This document shows, one piece after another, positions 54,522 to 64,000 of a DNA stretch of 64,000 nucleotides (position 1 is its first letter; every line of letters begins with the position of its first letter). The notes below the pieces were generated by a model that saw only the letters and a program-made list of their open reading frames with translations, was not told the origin of the DNA and searched no databases. The translations under genes and the position numbers were made by a program. This DNA comes from a virus, in the IMG/VR virus record IMGVR_UViG_3300032236_000765, positions 11,023 through 75,022 of that record. One strand, 5' to 3'.

Positions 54522-57500
54522 TTAACCGTTGTTGTTACCAATTGCACCTGTATTCAAGATGCGAACTGGGATGTAGATGAATTCAATTGCCTTGACCGGT
54601 TCAATTGCAACGTCTACCCAAAGTTCATTTCTATCGATACGAGCTGGTGTGTTGTTTGATTCGTCACAAACAACCAAGAAGTCGTACACACCGCGCTTTG
54701 CTACTAAGTCAACAAAGAGTGACTGGATCACACCAGCAATCTGTTGTCTAGTAATAGCATCGTTTGGCTCGAATACGAATGGTCTTGCAGCTAGTGTCAA
54801 CTGACGACGAATATATGCAACAAGTCTTGCTACGTTAATACGATCAAGTGCAGACTGTGATGCATAGCTTGTCTTATTACCGTAATTCAACAATCCATTT
54901 CCAGTGAAGAACACTAGTGGATTGATTTCATTCGTGTATAGTACATCACGTAGACCGATATTAGTCTTGATCGTGACGAACTCGCCAGTCATAGCATTGA
55001 TATAACCGATATTAGTTGCATTGTCGATGAGACCACGACGAGTACCTGCTGGTGCGAACCAAGGATAAGCAACAGTGTCGTTGCGTAGGATAGTTCTGAT
55101 CATCATGTGTGATGGGGGAACTGCAACAAGATTGCCGCTCAAGTCTGAAGTGATTCCTGATGGGTAGAATAGACCCATGTAAGTATCTCTTGAAACAAGA
55201 CCATCTTCACCTGTTGAAGTTGCACCTGCTGCATTGTTTGCCCATGCAGTGATTGCAGTTGCATCAGCTGGAAGTCTCATTGGAGTATCACCGATGATGA
55301 ATCCAGTGTCTCCTCTATCGTTGTTGAGTACAATCATGTTAGGTTGTAGCTCGGGATAGTTAGGAGTTGCGATCAAGTTGAATGCGTTATCTTCGTCACG
55401 AATTGCACTGTTAGTGTCGATTGAAGCTCGCATTGCTTTTACTACCATTGCTCTTTGAGCCTTACGGCCCATGTAAGGAGCACCGTTAGCCATTAGACCT
55501 GATTCAGTTACCCACGCATCAGTTTGTTCAGGGAGTTCCATGTCTGGGAAGCGAATGCTGTTAAAGTAATCAACACGATATTGCTTCACATTGTAGCCTG
55601 AACGACGGGTATTGAATAGCAACATACCTACTGGATAAAGAGTGTGATCCGGAGCATCAACGTCGAGATAGTTACTAACTAATAAGCTCTTGATGCTTGG
55701 GATCGGATCGTTTGCTGGATTTGTAGTGCCGTTAGTTGCCCAACGTGCATCTGCAAACAATACGCCAGTTGGTGAAGTTTGATCACTATTATCAAGCATT
55801 ACCCACTGTGCCTTACCATTAACTAATTCCCAACGATTGATCATTGGATAATTATCAAGATCAGATGTGTCAATCCAGATATCACCGTACACAAGTGAAG
55901 TGCCATCTGATTGGATAGTTGGTGCAGTAGAAGCAATCAATGGACCATTAGGATCAGTTGCATTTGAACCAGTTGGGGTTGGGAAACCACTACTATTGTA
56001 GTTTACATTCTTGTAACCCTGCCAACCACTTGAAGTGTTTACCATGATATCTACCTGATCAACGACTGAATAGAACCAATTTGTCATATCAGCAGGAACT
56101 ACAGTTGGTGCACCTTCATTAGCAGTCATCATGAATTCTTGCCAATTTGAAAACTGTGTAGTATATGAGCTAGCACCTGAACCTGAATAGTATTCGACAG
56201 CAGTTACTACACCACCTACTCCAATTGCAGATACTATGACTCTCAAATCATTAGCAGGAGACACGCCACCCAATGAAGTACCAGCAAAAGTAACAATTTC
56301 ACCTACAACATAACCAGTTCCTGCACTAATAAACTGCGTAGGATTGAGTTGATAATTTTGATAAGAATTAGTTACTCTCGGTACTAGACCAGTACCAGAT
56401 CCAGTTGTAGATGACTGAGTAGGATTGTATCCCTGTATAGCGAATGGGCCTTCTTTTACTCCCTGTGTAGAACCCATCACAAATCCTGCAGTGGTTAGCA
56501 ATCCTTCACTATATCCGGTTGAAGCATTGATGTCATTGACAACAATTGTTCCACCTTCAGTATGTGTGATTTGAATCGCACCAGTATCTGTGATAGTTGC
56601 AGATGTGAATGGAGCACCTGCTGCTGCCCATGCAGTTACAAATTGAGTTGCACTAGTATTATTAGCCAATGATAGAGTATAAGCAGAACTCAATGCATTT
56701 GAACCAGGAACTGATACTTGAATCGTTGCAGTATATGGTCCATGTGTGAACACTGTTGCAGTAGGATCAGAGAATGCGACACTGCCTGTTACGACAGTAG
56801 GACCAGTTGCTACTCTTTCCCAATAATAGATCGGGGTGATCTGAGCAGTAGTAGAGAAAGTATTTCCAGTATCAAAGTTATATTGTGCATATACAGTTCC
56901 AGCTGGAATTGCTTTACCGCCAGTAGCATCTAATGCACCTGTTGCAGCCCAATCACTTGTTGCAAAACTAACAGTCTTTGGAGTCCAAACTGCGGCAGTA
57001 CCGTTGTACTCGGAGATTACTGGATTATATCCGTTTCCTGCTGAACCGATTTTGACCCACACAGAGCCAGATGGTCTTGGGTAAGTCTGTCCTGCTTGCC
57101 ATAGAGGCTGTTGAGCAGAAGTACCATAGAATAATGCAGGTTGATAATAAGTTCCTGCAGTGATTCCCAAATCAGCAAGAACAGTTCCGGTGCCAGCAGC
57201 GATAGTAATATACGGAGGGGTAGCTTTGAAATAAGCTTGTCCTGTCTGTGCTGAGAAAATATTTAACTTACCACCAATCACACTAGCTGAGAGATAAGGA
57301 TATCCCAATGAGTTGATTGATTGTGCGATGATAGACACTACGTTATTTGGGTTACCCTGAACAGTGATAGTATATGGAGTATTACCGTTGATACTAATAG
57401 TAAATGTATCATTATAGGTTAATACAGGGTTAGCATTAGTGCCTTGAACAGTTGGATTAGCATTCAACCACGCAGATGATCCTAGGCGTGCCCACTGATT

Positions 57501-58130
57501 GCTCGGTGTCTTGTAGAAGTACATTCCTGAAGTAGCAGCACTTGGATAATCATAAGTTGGATTAGCAATGACTGCATACTGTCCAATCGAACCTACGCTT
57601 TGTACTGGATAACCCCCTGAAATCATAGTACTGTCGGTGATTACGATAGGTGTTTGTAGAGCAAACTGACCAGTTGAAGCATTGAATGCATAAATGCCCC
57701 AAGTTGAATTAGTTGTATCTAACCACCAAGTTCCGTCTGTTGGGGCGCCAGTTGGGCGACCAGTAGAACCTACTAGGCTTGCAAGATCGATATCTGCTCT
57801 CAAGCAGTATACGCGATTAGTTACACCAAGTGCAGAATAAGCAGCAAGAAGACCATACTCATTGAGTTCATATCCTTGAATTGGAGTACCTGCTGAAGTA
57901 GTGTAGAAGAATGGGTTACCATATAGAGTAACAAGATCACGCTGGCTTGTGACCTGGTAGAGCTTACCAGCGTTAGCAGCGGTTGTACCAACTGCTACAC
58001 CAGTGCCAGTTGGGTCAGCCTTATTCTGCGCTGTTGCAAGCAGAATGAAAGGGATAGAATTTGTTGGTGCTGGAAGATATTGACTTTGGTCAATGATCGT
58101 AACTTCTACACCTGGAGATACTAATGCCAT
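54522..58130 (-). CDS. Contractile tail sheath protein (T4 gp18-like) with large insertion
   Basis: MALVSPGVEV start; C-terminal PWFAPAG.RRG...RINVARL...FEPND...NTP..ID...EFIYI. Confidence 0.93.
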   Translation of the reverse strand: MALVSPGVEVTIIDQSQYLPAPTNSIPFILLATAQNKADPTGTGVAVGTTAANAGKLYQVTSQRDLVTLYGNPFFYTTSAGTPIQGYELNEYGLLAAYSALGVTNRVYCLRADIDLASLVGSTGRPTGAPTDGTWWLDTTNSTWGIYAFNASTGQFALQTPIVITDSTMISGGYPVQSVGSIGQYAVIANPTYDYPSAATSGMYFYKTPSNQWARLGSSAWLNANPTVQGTNANPVLTYNDTFTISINGNTPYTITVQGNPNNVVSIIAQSINSLGYPYLSASVIGGKLNIFSAQTGQAYFKATPPYITIAAGTGTVLADLGITAGTYYQPALFYGTSAQQPLWQAGQTYPRPSGSVWVKIGSAGNGYNPVISEYNGTAAVWTPKTVSFATSDWAATGALDATGGKAIPAGTVYAQYNFDTGNTFSTTAQITPIYYWERVATGPTVVTGSVAFSDPTATVFTHGPYTATIQVSVPGSNALSSAYTLSLANNTSATQFVTAWAAAGAPFTSATITDTGAIQITHTEGGTIVVNDINASTGYSEGLLTTAGFVMGSTQGVKEGPFAIQGYNPTQSSTTGSGTGLVPRVTNSYQNYQLNPTQFISAGTGYVVGEIVTFAGTSLGGVSPANDLRVIVSAIGVGGVVTAVEYYSGSGASSYTTQFSNWQEFMMTANEGAPTVVPADMTNWFYSVVDQVDIMVNTSSGWQGYKNVNYNSSGFPTPTGSNATDPNGPLIASTAPTIQSDGTSLVYGDIWIDTSDLDNYPMINRWELVNGKAQWVMLDNSDQTSPTGVLFADARWATNGTTNPANDPIPSIKSLLVSNYLDVDAPDHTLYPVGMLLFNTRRSGYNVKQYRVDYFNSIRFPDMELPEQTDAWVTESGLMANGAPYMGRKAQRAMVVKAMRASIDTNSAIRDEDNAFNLIATPNYPELQPNMIVLNNDRGDTGFIIGDTPMRLPADATAITAWANNAAGATSTGEDGLVSRDTYMGLFYPSGITSDLSGNLVAVPPSHMMIRTILRNDTVAYPWFAPAGTRRGLIDNATNIGYINAMTGEFVTIKTNIGLRDVLYTNEINPLVFFTGNGLLNYGNKTSYASQSALDRINVARLVAYIRRQLTLAARPFVFEPNDAITRQQIAGVIQSLFVDLVAKRGVYDFLVVCDESNNTPARIDRNELWVDVAIEPVKAIEFIYIPVRILNTGAIGNNNG

Positions 58131-58257
58131 TTTGTTTTTCCTTTGTATGATTGTGAGGTTTACCACCTGCCTCATTATAAGCATAATTACTGATAATGAG
58201 ATTATAGAATTATTTAGTGTAAATCATAAAAAATGCTGGTTAACCTAACCTTCGAAG

Positions 58258-58632
58258 GTGTTTTGGTCTAAATACATCGTGACTCTAAAACGACCCATAT
58301 GCAAGACTTGCAATAAGAACTATTGCGCTGTAAATTACAAGCGTGATGACAAGACGCATTATCGGAGCATATGTGATACGTGCGGTAAAAATAAACCTAA
58401 GAAAAAACCTAAAGTTTATATTTGGGAGAAGGCTGGATATAAGAAAAAGCCACACTGTGATCTGTGCGGCTTTAAGAGTTTATACCCTACACAAATGACC
58501 GTCTTTCATATTGACGGTGATTTGAACAATGTGTCATTCAGCAATTTAAGAACGATATGCTTAAATTGTGTTGAAGTGGTAAAACGTAAGGAAGTGACCT
58601 GGAAACGCGGTGACTTACAAGTTGATTATTGA
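58258..58632 (+). CDS. Cys-rich HNH-like protein
   Basis: Multiple CxxC; HIDGDLNN...NL.TICLNC; true start may be the GTG just after TAAATA. Confidence 0.65.
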   Translation: MFWSKYIVTLKRPICKTCNKNYCAVNYKRDDKTHYRSICDTCGKNKPKKKPKVYIWEKAGYKKKPHCDLCGFKSLYPTQMTVFHIDGDLNNVSFSNLRTICLNCVEVVKRKEVTWKRGDLQVDY

Positions 58633-59247
58633 TGCAATCTGCTTGTGTAGTTCGTCAATCGTTCCATTATTATTCAAATGGTAATCATAATCCAGTCCAA
58701 CACTACTATACTCACTAGCATGGACATTATAGTGATTTAGCTTAGCCATACATAACTCTCGCTGACCTGGATTCCCTACAGTGTTATAGAGTTCTGCATA
58801 ACTGTACCATTCAGGATCAGGACCACGATGAGTTCGCATAGTGATTCCACCTGCATTTTTGATAGCAGTCAATTCATTTGCAAATCGACAGTCAGTGATG
58901 ACGATATCTTCTTTAGTATTCCTCAACTTATTTTCTACTGAGGCCACCCAGATATCATCATGAAATGATTTACGAGCAACCTCGGTTCCCCATTGTTGCA
59001 ATACCCAACGAGGCGTCAGTTCAGGTATACTGAGGCGGGCGGCCCACCAAGGGTCAACTTGTTCACGCCATTCTCGGCTAGCTTTAGTTGACCCTTCAAG
59101 GAGTTCACGATCCCAAGCAAAGATTGCTGCAATAGCATCTTTGAGAGATGAAGCGAAGCTCATTCGCTTGAAGCCATGAACTGTGCAAAGATAGTCGGCG
59201 GCGGTGTCTTTACCTGATGAAATCAACCCAGTGATGCCCACAATCAT
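58615..59247 (-). CDS. Deoxynucleoside monophosphate kinase (T4 gp1-like)
   Basis: GITGLISSGKDT, SFASSLK, TPRWVLQQWGTE, ITDCRFANE, HASE. Confidence 0.9.
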   Translation of the reverse strand: MIVGITGLISSGKDTAADYLCTVHGFKRMSFASSLKDAIAAIFAWDRELLEGSTKASREWREQVDPWWAARLSIPELTPRWVLQQWGTEVARKSFHDDIWVASVENKLRNTKEDIVITDCRFANELTAIKNAGGITMRTHRGPDPEWYSYAELYNTVGNPGQRELCMAKLNHYNVHASEYSSVGLDYDYHLNNNGTIDELHKQIASIINL

Positions 59248-60077
59248 TAAATAGTTCCTTTATATTTACAGTTATCACCGTGCCATCTAGAATAGTTCAT
59301 GTGATCGACTGACTTTCCACAATGATAGCATTGTTTCTTTAGTGAGTCAAGTTTTTCTTTGCTTTTTTTCGCCCGTTGTTCAGCACTATGGGTCTTCCCA
59401 AAGAATCCATTTTTCTCTCCCGGGAGCGTTATCTTTTTTCGGATCTCTTCGGCCCGGTCTTCTCCATATAGTTCTTCAAATGTCTTACCTTTGTTGATAG
59501 GAGTTCTACCTTTCCTGTTTTTAGAGGCACTATCTTTCCAGGCCTGAGACTTGGGACGAGATGCTGCCTCTTTAATAGCCAATATAGTTTCAGGTCGGTG
59601 TTTCTTATCTTTGAATGTTCCTCCTAATCCTGCTTCTCTCCTTTTGGCCGCCCGATTGATTCCTGCCTGCCGGTAGTTCTGTTTAGACTCTTCCGACATT
59701 TCCGTTTGAGATAGTTCTTTAGCAATCGCTGCATATCGGCGCCCAGTCAAACGTTTTCTATCTTGTCCGGAACCATGTAGAGTGGACATTCCCATAATAG
59801 CCCTGAGTGATTTGTGTTTTGCGGGCCCTGTGGTCATCTTCGGTAATAATAAATGACAAACAAAATGTTCGTGTTCAGTGAGAGTAACAAGGTTACAAGG
59901 ATCGTCAGGGTCACCTTCTAACCAACCTGAGCTACCTTTTCTTTTACGGTTTAAGTAGAACGATTCAGGAATGATATGATGCTTCTCACCCTTTATTTGG
60001 ATAACACGAGCTTGTGCTTGCTGCACAATAGCATAATACCACCTAGTATACTTATTTTCTATAAAGATATTTTTCAT
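59247..60077 (-). CDS. HNH homing endonuclease with NUMOD3-like repeats
   Basis: EKHHIIPES...NLVTLTEHEHFVCHLLL; KKHRPET, GKTHSAE repeats. Confidence 0.85.
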   Translation of the reverse strand: MKNIFIENKYTRWYYAIVQQAQARVIQIKGEKHHIIPESFYLNRKRKGSSGWLEGDPDDPCNLVTLTEHEHFVCHLLLPKMTTGPAKHKSLRAIMGMSTLHGSGQDRKRLTGRRYAAIAKELSQTEMSEESKQNYRQAGINRAAKRREAGLGGTFKDKKHRPETILAIKEAASRPKSQAWKDSASKNRKGRTPINKGKTFEELYGEDRAEEIRKKITLPGEKNGFFGKTHSAEQRAKKSKEKLDSLKKQCYHCGKSVDHMNYSRWHGDNCKYKGTI

Positions 60078-60154
60078 ATCTTTACTTATGCGGTGAGGAT
60101 AAGATAAATATTAGTATATTATAATATAACACAAGAGTTAGTGTTTGTCAAGCC

Positions 60155-60304
60155 TTAATCGTCAAGGGTTCCTAAGATGTAGTTCATCTGTAGACCACCA
60201 ATATCATCCCTGAATTTTTCTTCTTCTTCAGGTGTTATCGTACCCTCATCGATTCGTCTGTTCAATTCGGCTATCAGATTTAAAATAGTTTCTCTTTCAG
60301 TCAT
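60155..60304 (-). CDS. Small hypothetical protein (49 aa)
   Basis: Manual ORF MTERETILNLIAELNRRIDEG..., TAATG overlap. Confidence 0.5.
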   Translation of the reverse strand: MTERETILNLIAELNRRIDEGTITPEEEEKFRDDIGGLQMNYILGTLDD

Positions 60305-61089
60305 TAACCTTGTATCCAAGTTAGTGGTTGTGAACCGTCTACGTATTTGGTGAGGGCCTCTAGCAAGCGATCTTGCTCTGCTCTTGATTCATTCTTTAGT
60401 GCAGTACCGTTTAGCGTAGTGCCGCCGCCTGGACCTGCGATAGTACCGAACTTCTCACGAGCTTCACCCATGATGCCTTTTAGCATAGCGATCATGTAGT
60501 CACCGATCCAGACACCTGCATAAGGGTCTTGAATCAGCACTGCTTCAGGACGTTGGATATCAGCCCAGATCAGAATGCGCTCTCCTGTACCCTTGAAGTC
60601 ACGTGTGATACGCAGGACCTTAGTGACCGGATCAAACGTGTATGTGAGATACCCACCGAACATACGTGCTGCTAGCTCAACGTAACCAGCGTAGAAGTCA
60701 TATGTAGCCATGCCTCCCGTGTAGTTGTAGTTCAACAGATAGGTGTTGAGAATGGCGCTTGAGAACGGATCGAATGACGACGACGAAGGACCTGTTTCAA
60801 GACCGACTGTGCGTCTAAACAATGAACGAACATTGATGAAGTCAGAAGGAAGCGTATATGTGTCAACGTTCTTGATGACCGTCATCAGTGTATATGATTC
60901 CTGCGTAGCGTTTTGTGCCCTCTGTCGATAGAGTTTGATGGTATAATTATATGCAGCTTCGTAGTGCTGAGGATCAAGTTCTAGGTCAATAATGTCGCCA
61001 CCCATACGCAAACGGATGTTCTCAAACAATGCTTGCTTGAGTTCTTCTAAGGTAAGATTAGTGGGGGTTGATAGAATGTTTGCGGTCAT
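60304..61089 (-). CDS. Neck/head-tail adaptor protein (T4 gp13-like)
   Basis: LRMGG..IDLEL...W..DY..A..K...GEAR.KF..I.GPGGG.TLNG. Confidence 0.82.
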   Translation of the reverse strand: MTANILSTPTNLTLEELKQALFENIRLRMGGDIIDLELDPQHYEAAYNYTIKLYRQRAQNATQESYTLMTVIKNVDTYTLPSDFINVRSLFRRTVGLETGPSSSSFDPFSSAILNTYLLNYNYTGGMATYDFYAGYVELAARMFGGYLTYTFDPVTKVLRITRDFKGTGERILIWADIQRPEAVLIQDPYAGVWIGDYMIAMLKGIMGEAREKFGTIAGPGGGTTLNGTALKNESRAEQDRLLEALTKYVDGSQPLTWIQG

Positions 61090-61112
61090 AGTTGTTTCCT
61101 TGTTATATGTAT

Positions 61113-61316
61113 TTATTCAGGAGACAGTTGACCTCTATTCTCTTCCATGATCTTTGTACAAGTTTCTATATCAATCTGTTCATCTTTAGAATACATCCAG
61201 AGATGAGATTTCAAAGAACCAAAGCTATTACAATTAGGGCATCGCCACCCTTCAGGAAACAATGCCCCAATTATACCACAGTCAACACAAACAGGAGGAC
61301 CTAATCCCAAAGCCAA
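61113..61316 (-). CDS. Small Zn-ribbon protein
   Basis: CVDC...CPNC. Confidence 0.55.
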   Translation of the reverse strand: MALGLGPPVCVDCGIIGALFPEGWRCPNCNSFGSLKSHLWMYSKDEQIDIETCTKIMEENRGQLSPE

Positions 61317-61540
61317 GCATCCTCAGGTTTGTGTTCTTCTTCCATAGTCCTGATGATAGATTCCAGTCTATCAAGTGCAACAGAATCAAGGATACCTGCT
61401 CGTTCAATCTTTTCAACTTCATCTTCGATAAGTCTTAGGTCATCAGTGATGTTTGCCCGAGTGATATCATATCTATTATCTATGAACCATTTCATGCGTT
61501 TAGCTAATACTAAGACACGATAATACTGATCCATAACCAT
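61301..61540 (-). CDS. Hypothetical protein
   Basis: In-operon ORF. Confidence 0.55.
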   Translation of the reverse strand: MVMDQYYRVLVLAKRMKWFIDNRYDITRANITDDLRLIEDEVEKIERAGILDSVALDRLESIIRTMEEEHKPEDAWLWD

Positions 61541-61960
61541 TTATAGATCACCGATCTGACGATTCTCGCTATAGTGAGCATCAAACGTTCCGCCGGGATA
61601 ACGTGCTTCTAGCTTCTTGACATTCTCTGCGATAACATCATTAGGATCAAGGCCCAGTGCATTGCAGGCGTTAGCCCAATACCAAATGATATCACCTAGT
61701 TCGCGCTTCATATGAAATAGATTTTCATCATTCAGGGGCTTGCCCTGAAACAGCATCTTCTTCACAATTTCATTGAACTCTCCGCCTTCACTCGCAAGAC
61801 CGATGCCTGCTGTGATCAGCAGAGGAACGTTGATACTAGGTCCGCCATCATTACCGTCTAGTTCATCTAGCCGGTTCATGAAGGTTGTAAGGTCCTTGCT
61901 TGTATCACTACACACTGCAAGGACAAATTCACCATATTTGTTTAGATCGATATTATTCAT
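61541..61960 (-). CDS. mazG: MazG-like nucleotide pyrophosphohydrolase
   Basis: GLASEGGEFNEIVKK...RELGDIIWY...N..KL..RYP. Confidence 0.88.
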   Translation of the reverse strand: MNNIDLNKYGEFVLAVCSDTSKDLTTFMNRLDELDGNDGGPSINVPLLITAGIGLASEGGEFNEIVKKMLFQGKPLNDENLFHMKRELGDIIWYWANACNALGLDPNDVIAENVKKLEARYPGGTFDAHYSENRQIGDL

Positions 61961-61961
61961 G

Positions 61962-62150
61962 TTATTCCTTTATGATTCCCATCACCCAATTTTCTGCGGT
62001 GTCTTCTGCGTATTTCAATGAATGACTAGTAGCGTCAATGATCTTTACTATAATGTCACCGATGCTACATTGAACATGATATCCTTCATCGGTCAGTTCA
62101 ATCTTAGCATAGCGTTCATCTACGCGATAGTCTTTAATAAATTCAACCAT
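61962..62150 (-). CDS. Hypothetical protein
   Basis: In-operon ORF ending YAEDTAENWV. Confidence 0.6.
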   Translation of the reverse strand: MVEFIKDYRVDERYAKIELTDEGYHVQCSIGDIIVKIIDATSHSLKYAEDTAENWVMGIIKE

Positions 62151-62158
62151 GCTTTATC

Positions 62159-63400
62159 CTAGAATGCTTTCAGAATGATCATATCAGAGTTGAAGCGCCC
62201 AGTCGGGATCGCTGCAACTGCCTTGATCTCACTGAAGTACTTACGAGCAGCAGGCTTGCTACCAGTCAATGCCTTGATCTGCTCTACAGGTTTGCGAAGC
62301 GTCTTGATGCCGCTCTGACGAGTATCGAATCCAATCAGGGTGTTGCCCTTGACCATCAGGCACTTGCTGTAGTCATCAGCGATGTAGTGATGCATCTTGC
62401 GCTTACGAGTGTCATACACCCAAGCCTCAGTCGCATTGTGCAGCTTGACAGGAGGAAGACCAACCAGATCCAGCTTGAGTGCATCGTCCTTGAAGGCCTT
62501 GAGATGCTTGAGCTTGGATACGATCTTCTCGACGGGCACTGCCTTGCGAGGACGGATAGCACGTGTAGCTTGCTTGATAGCGATGTAAGCAGTCAAGTTG
62601 TCAATGATCTGGCTAGCAAACTTGATCAGATTGTTAAGCTGAGTACGGGTGAGATGCGAATACCCTTCCTTAAGCTGAGGGCACTTACCTTCCTTCACCT
62701 CTTCATACTCTGCCTTGACCTTTTCCCAGTGCTTGATGTACGAATTAATGTGCTGGGGAAGAACCTTCTGCTCAGTCAGAAACCCAACGACCTTTTCCTT
62801 AGTAGGAAAGTCCTTAGGATAACCAGCTAGTGCGAATTCATCTGCGATGCTTTCGATTTCACCGAATGATTCACTAGCACGATCACGCATGAGTTCTTGA
62901 ATATTCGGACGAAGCACCGGCTTCTGCATAGCTTCCTCAGCTTCCTTCTCTTCCTTGACGATCTTAGCGCCTGAAGCAATAGCAAGCTGAACACGATTCT
63001 TGATGTGATGTGTCAGAGGATAGAGAGTGTCGCCGGTGCCAGGCAGTGCTTCCCAATGGTCAGCTTCTGCCTTGTTGTGATCCGGACAACCAGTATGCAA
63101 CAGTTTGCACGAGATAGCATTCCAAACGGTCAAGCCATTGATGCCGCGAGCAGCCTTAGCACACCGAATGTCTTGGGTGGAATAACCGTTCTCTTTCATC
63201 CAGCTCCAAACTTCGGGAAGCAAATCAGCTTCTTGAAAATTTTCATAATAGAACTGTTTGGCATCACGCTTGAAGCGAAGGAATTCTTCACCTGTCATCT
63301 TTTCCCAACCAGTGAAGTCGGGACCAATCTGCTTCTTCCCGCGACGAACAGGAGCTGCTCGGGCGATTTTCTTCTTGACGGGGCCAGGACGACGAGCCAT
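62159..63400 (-). CDS. Large-phage hypothetical protein (413 aa)
   Basis: AGGAG SD; promoter TTGACA-17-TATACT at 63432-63460; GC-richer codons. Confidence 0.75.
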   Translation of the reverse strand: MARRPGPVKKKIARAAPVRRGKKQIGPDFTGWEKMTGEEFLRFKRDAKQFYYENFQEADLLPEVWSWMKENGYSTQDIRCAKAARGINGLTVWNAISCKLLHTGCPDHNKAEADHWEALPGTGDTLYPLTHHIKNRVQLAIASGAKIVKEEKEAEEAMQKPVLRPNIQELMRDRASESFGEIESIADEFALAGYPKDFPTKEKVVGFLTEQKVLPQHINSYIKHWEKVKAEYEEVKEGKCPQLKEGYSHLTRTQLNNLIKFASQIIDNLTAYIAIKQATRAIRPRKAVPVEKIVSKLKHLKAFKDDALKLDLVGLPPVKLHNATEAWVYDTRKRKMHHYIADDYSKCLMVKGNTLIGFDTRQSGIKTLRKPVEQIKALTGSKPAARKYFSEIKAVAAIPTGRFNSDMIILKAF

Positions 63401-63480
63401 ATGAATCTCCTAAATCTCAGTTTATGTATATAGTATAAAGGAAGGAAAAGGTGTTGTCAAGCCTTTTCCTTCTAACGAGA

Positions 63481-63756
63481 TTAGTTAGACCAGTACGATT
63501 CTGAAGCAACACTGCACGAACGCGGGGTGTTGATGCTTTCTTCAACTTCCTGACCAGTAATCAGATTGATCACCTTGCGGGTCAGATTCTGATACCCCGC
63601 CGCCTGATACTCTTCCTTGCTCATCACAGTGAGCTTGGTGCCATACTTCCGAGTGTATTCCGCAGCATGACGCTCCGCAACCTTTCGGTACGAGAACTGA
63701 GTCTTGTAGACGTAGCTGTTAAAGATACGCTTGTCTTCGTGAACGAGAATGAACAT
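63481..63756 (-). CDS. Hypothetical early protein
   Basis: Start reassigned to MFILVHEDK (GGAG SD); the track start lies in the promoter. Confidence 0.65.
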   Translation of the reverse strand: MFILVHEDKRIFNSYVYKTQFSYRKVAERHAAEYTRKYGTKLTVMSKEEYQAAGYQNLTRKVINLITGQEVEESINTPRSCSVASESYWSN

Positions 63757-63787
63757 GTCTTGTCTCCGTTTCATCAGCTTATGATTC

Positions 63788-63816
63788 ATAATAGCGGAAT
63801 GGGTAACCGAAGTCAA
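63788..63816 (-). promoter_or_regulatory. Phage early promoter (repeated motif)
   Basis: TTGACTTCGGTTACCCATTCCGCTATTAT. Confidence 0.8.
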
Positions 63817-63825
63817 GCCCTTTTT

Positions 63826-63945
63826 TCAGATATTTTGAAGAATTTTACGGCAAGCGAGCCGGCGAGCCTGCTTCTTCTTGTCAGGCACGACCTTGGGCTT
63901 GTTGAACTTGTAAAGGTTCTTCTGAACGAAATTACGAGTTTTCAT
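63826..63945 (-). CDS. Small basic protein (39 aa)
   Basis: Manual ORF MKTRNFVQKNLYKFNKPKVVPDKKK..., GAGGAG SD, promoter near window end. Confidence 0.55.
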   Translation of the reverse strand: MKTRNFVQKNLYKFNKPKVVPDKKKQARRLACRKILQNI

Positions 63946-64000
63946 GTCCTTGCTCCTCATCATGTATTTATATTAGCAGCACTCTTACCCAAAGTCAAGC

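Overview
This 64 kb window comes from a large, AT-rich myovirus with T4-like structural genes, most likely a jumbo phage. Standard genetic code; most genes lie on the minus strand. 0.8-7.9 kb: a dense tRNA array (22 intact-looking tRNAs plus a degenerate Thr) with HNH endonucleases, an AdoMet decarboxylase-like gene and several structured non-tRNA RNAs. 9.1-9.6 kb: an apparent ribosome-dependent attenuator (45-codon leader using all 20 amino acids, antiterminator, terminator) followed by an unidentified structured RNA; it points toward the tRNA array. 11.5-24.6 kb: putative head-packaged proteins with T4-like (L/I/V)-x-E leaders, including modular polyprotein-like ORFs and a three-domain nucleotidyltransferase/RNA ligase-like/HxGH enzyme. 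25-35 kb: clpA, dnaJ, phoH, clamp loader, groES-like and a DnaE fragment. 35-61 kb: virion genes (baseplate/Ig protein, GH19 lysin, 2.4-kaa repetitive fibre, head-completion nuclease, tail tube, sheath, neck), dNMP kinase and a homing endonuclease. The window ends with mazG-like and early genes. A tRNA-His lacking G-1 and an rrn boxA-like element suggest an alphaproteobacterial host (inference). All calls come from reading the sequence by eye; no database searches or folding programs were run.
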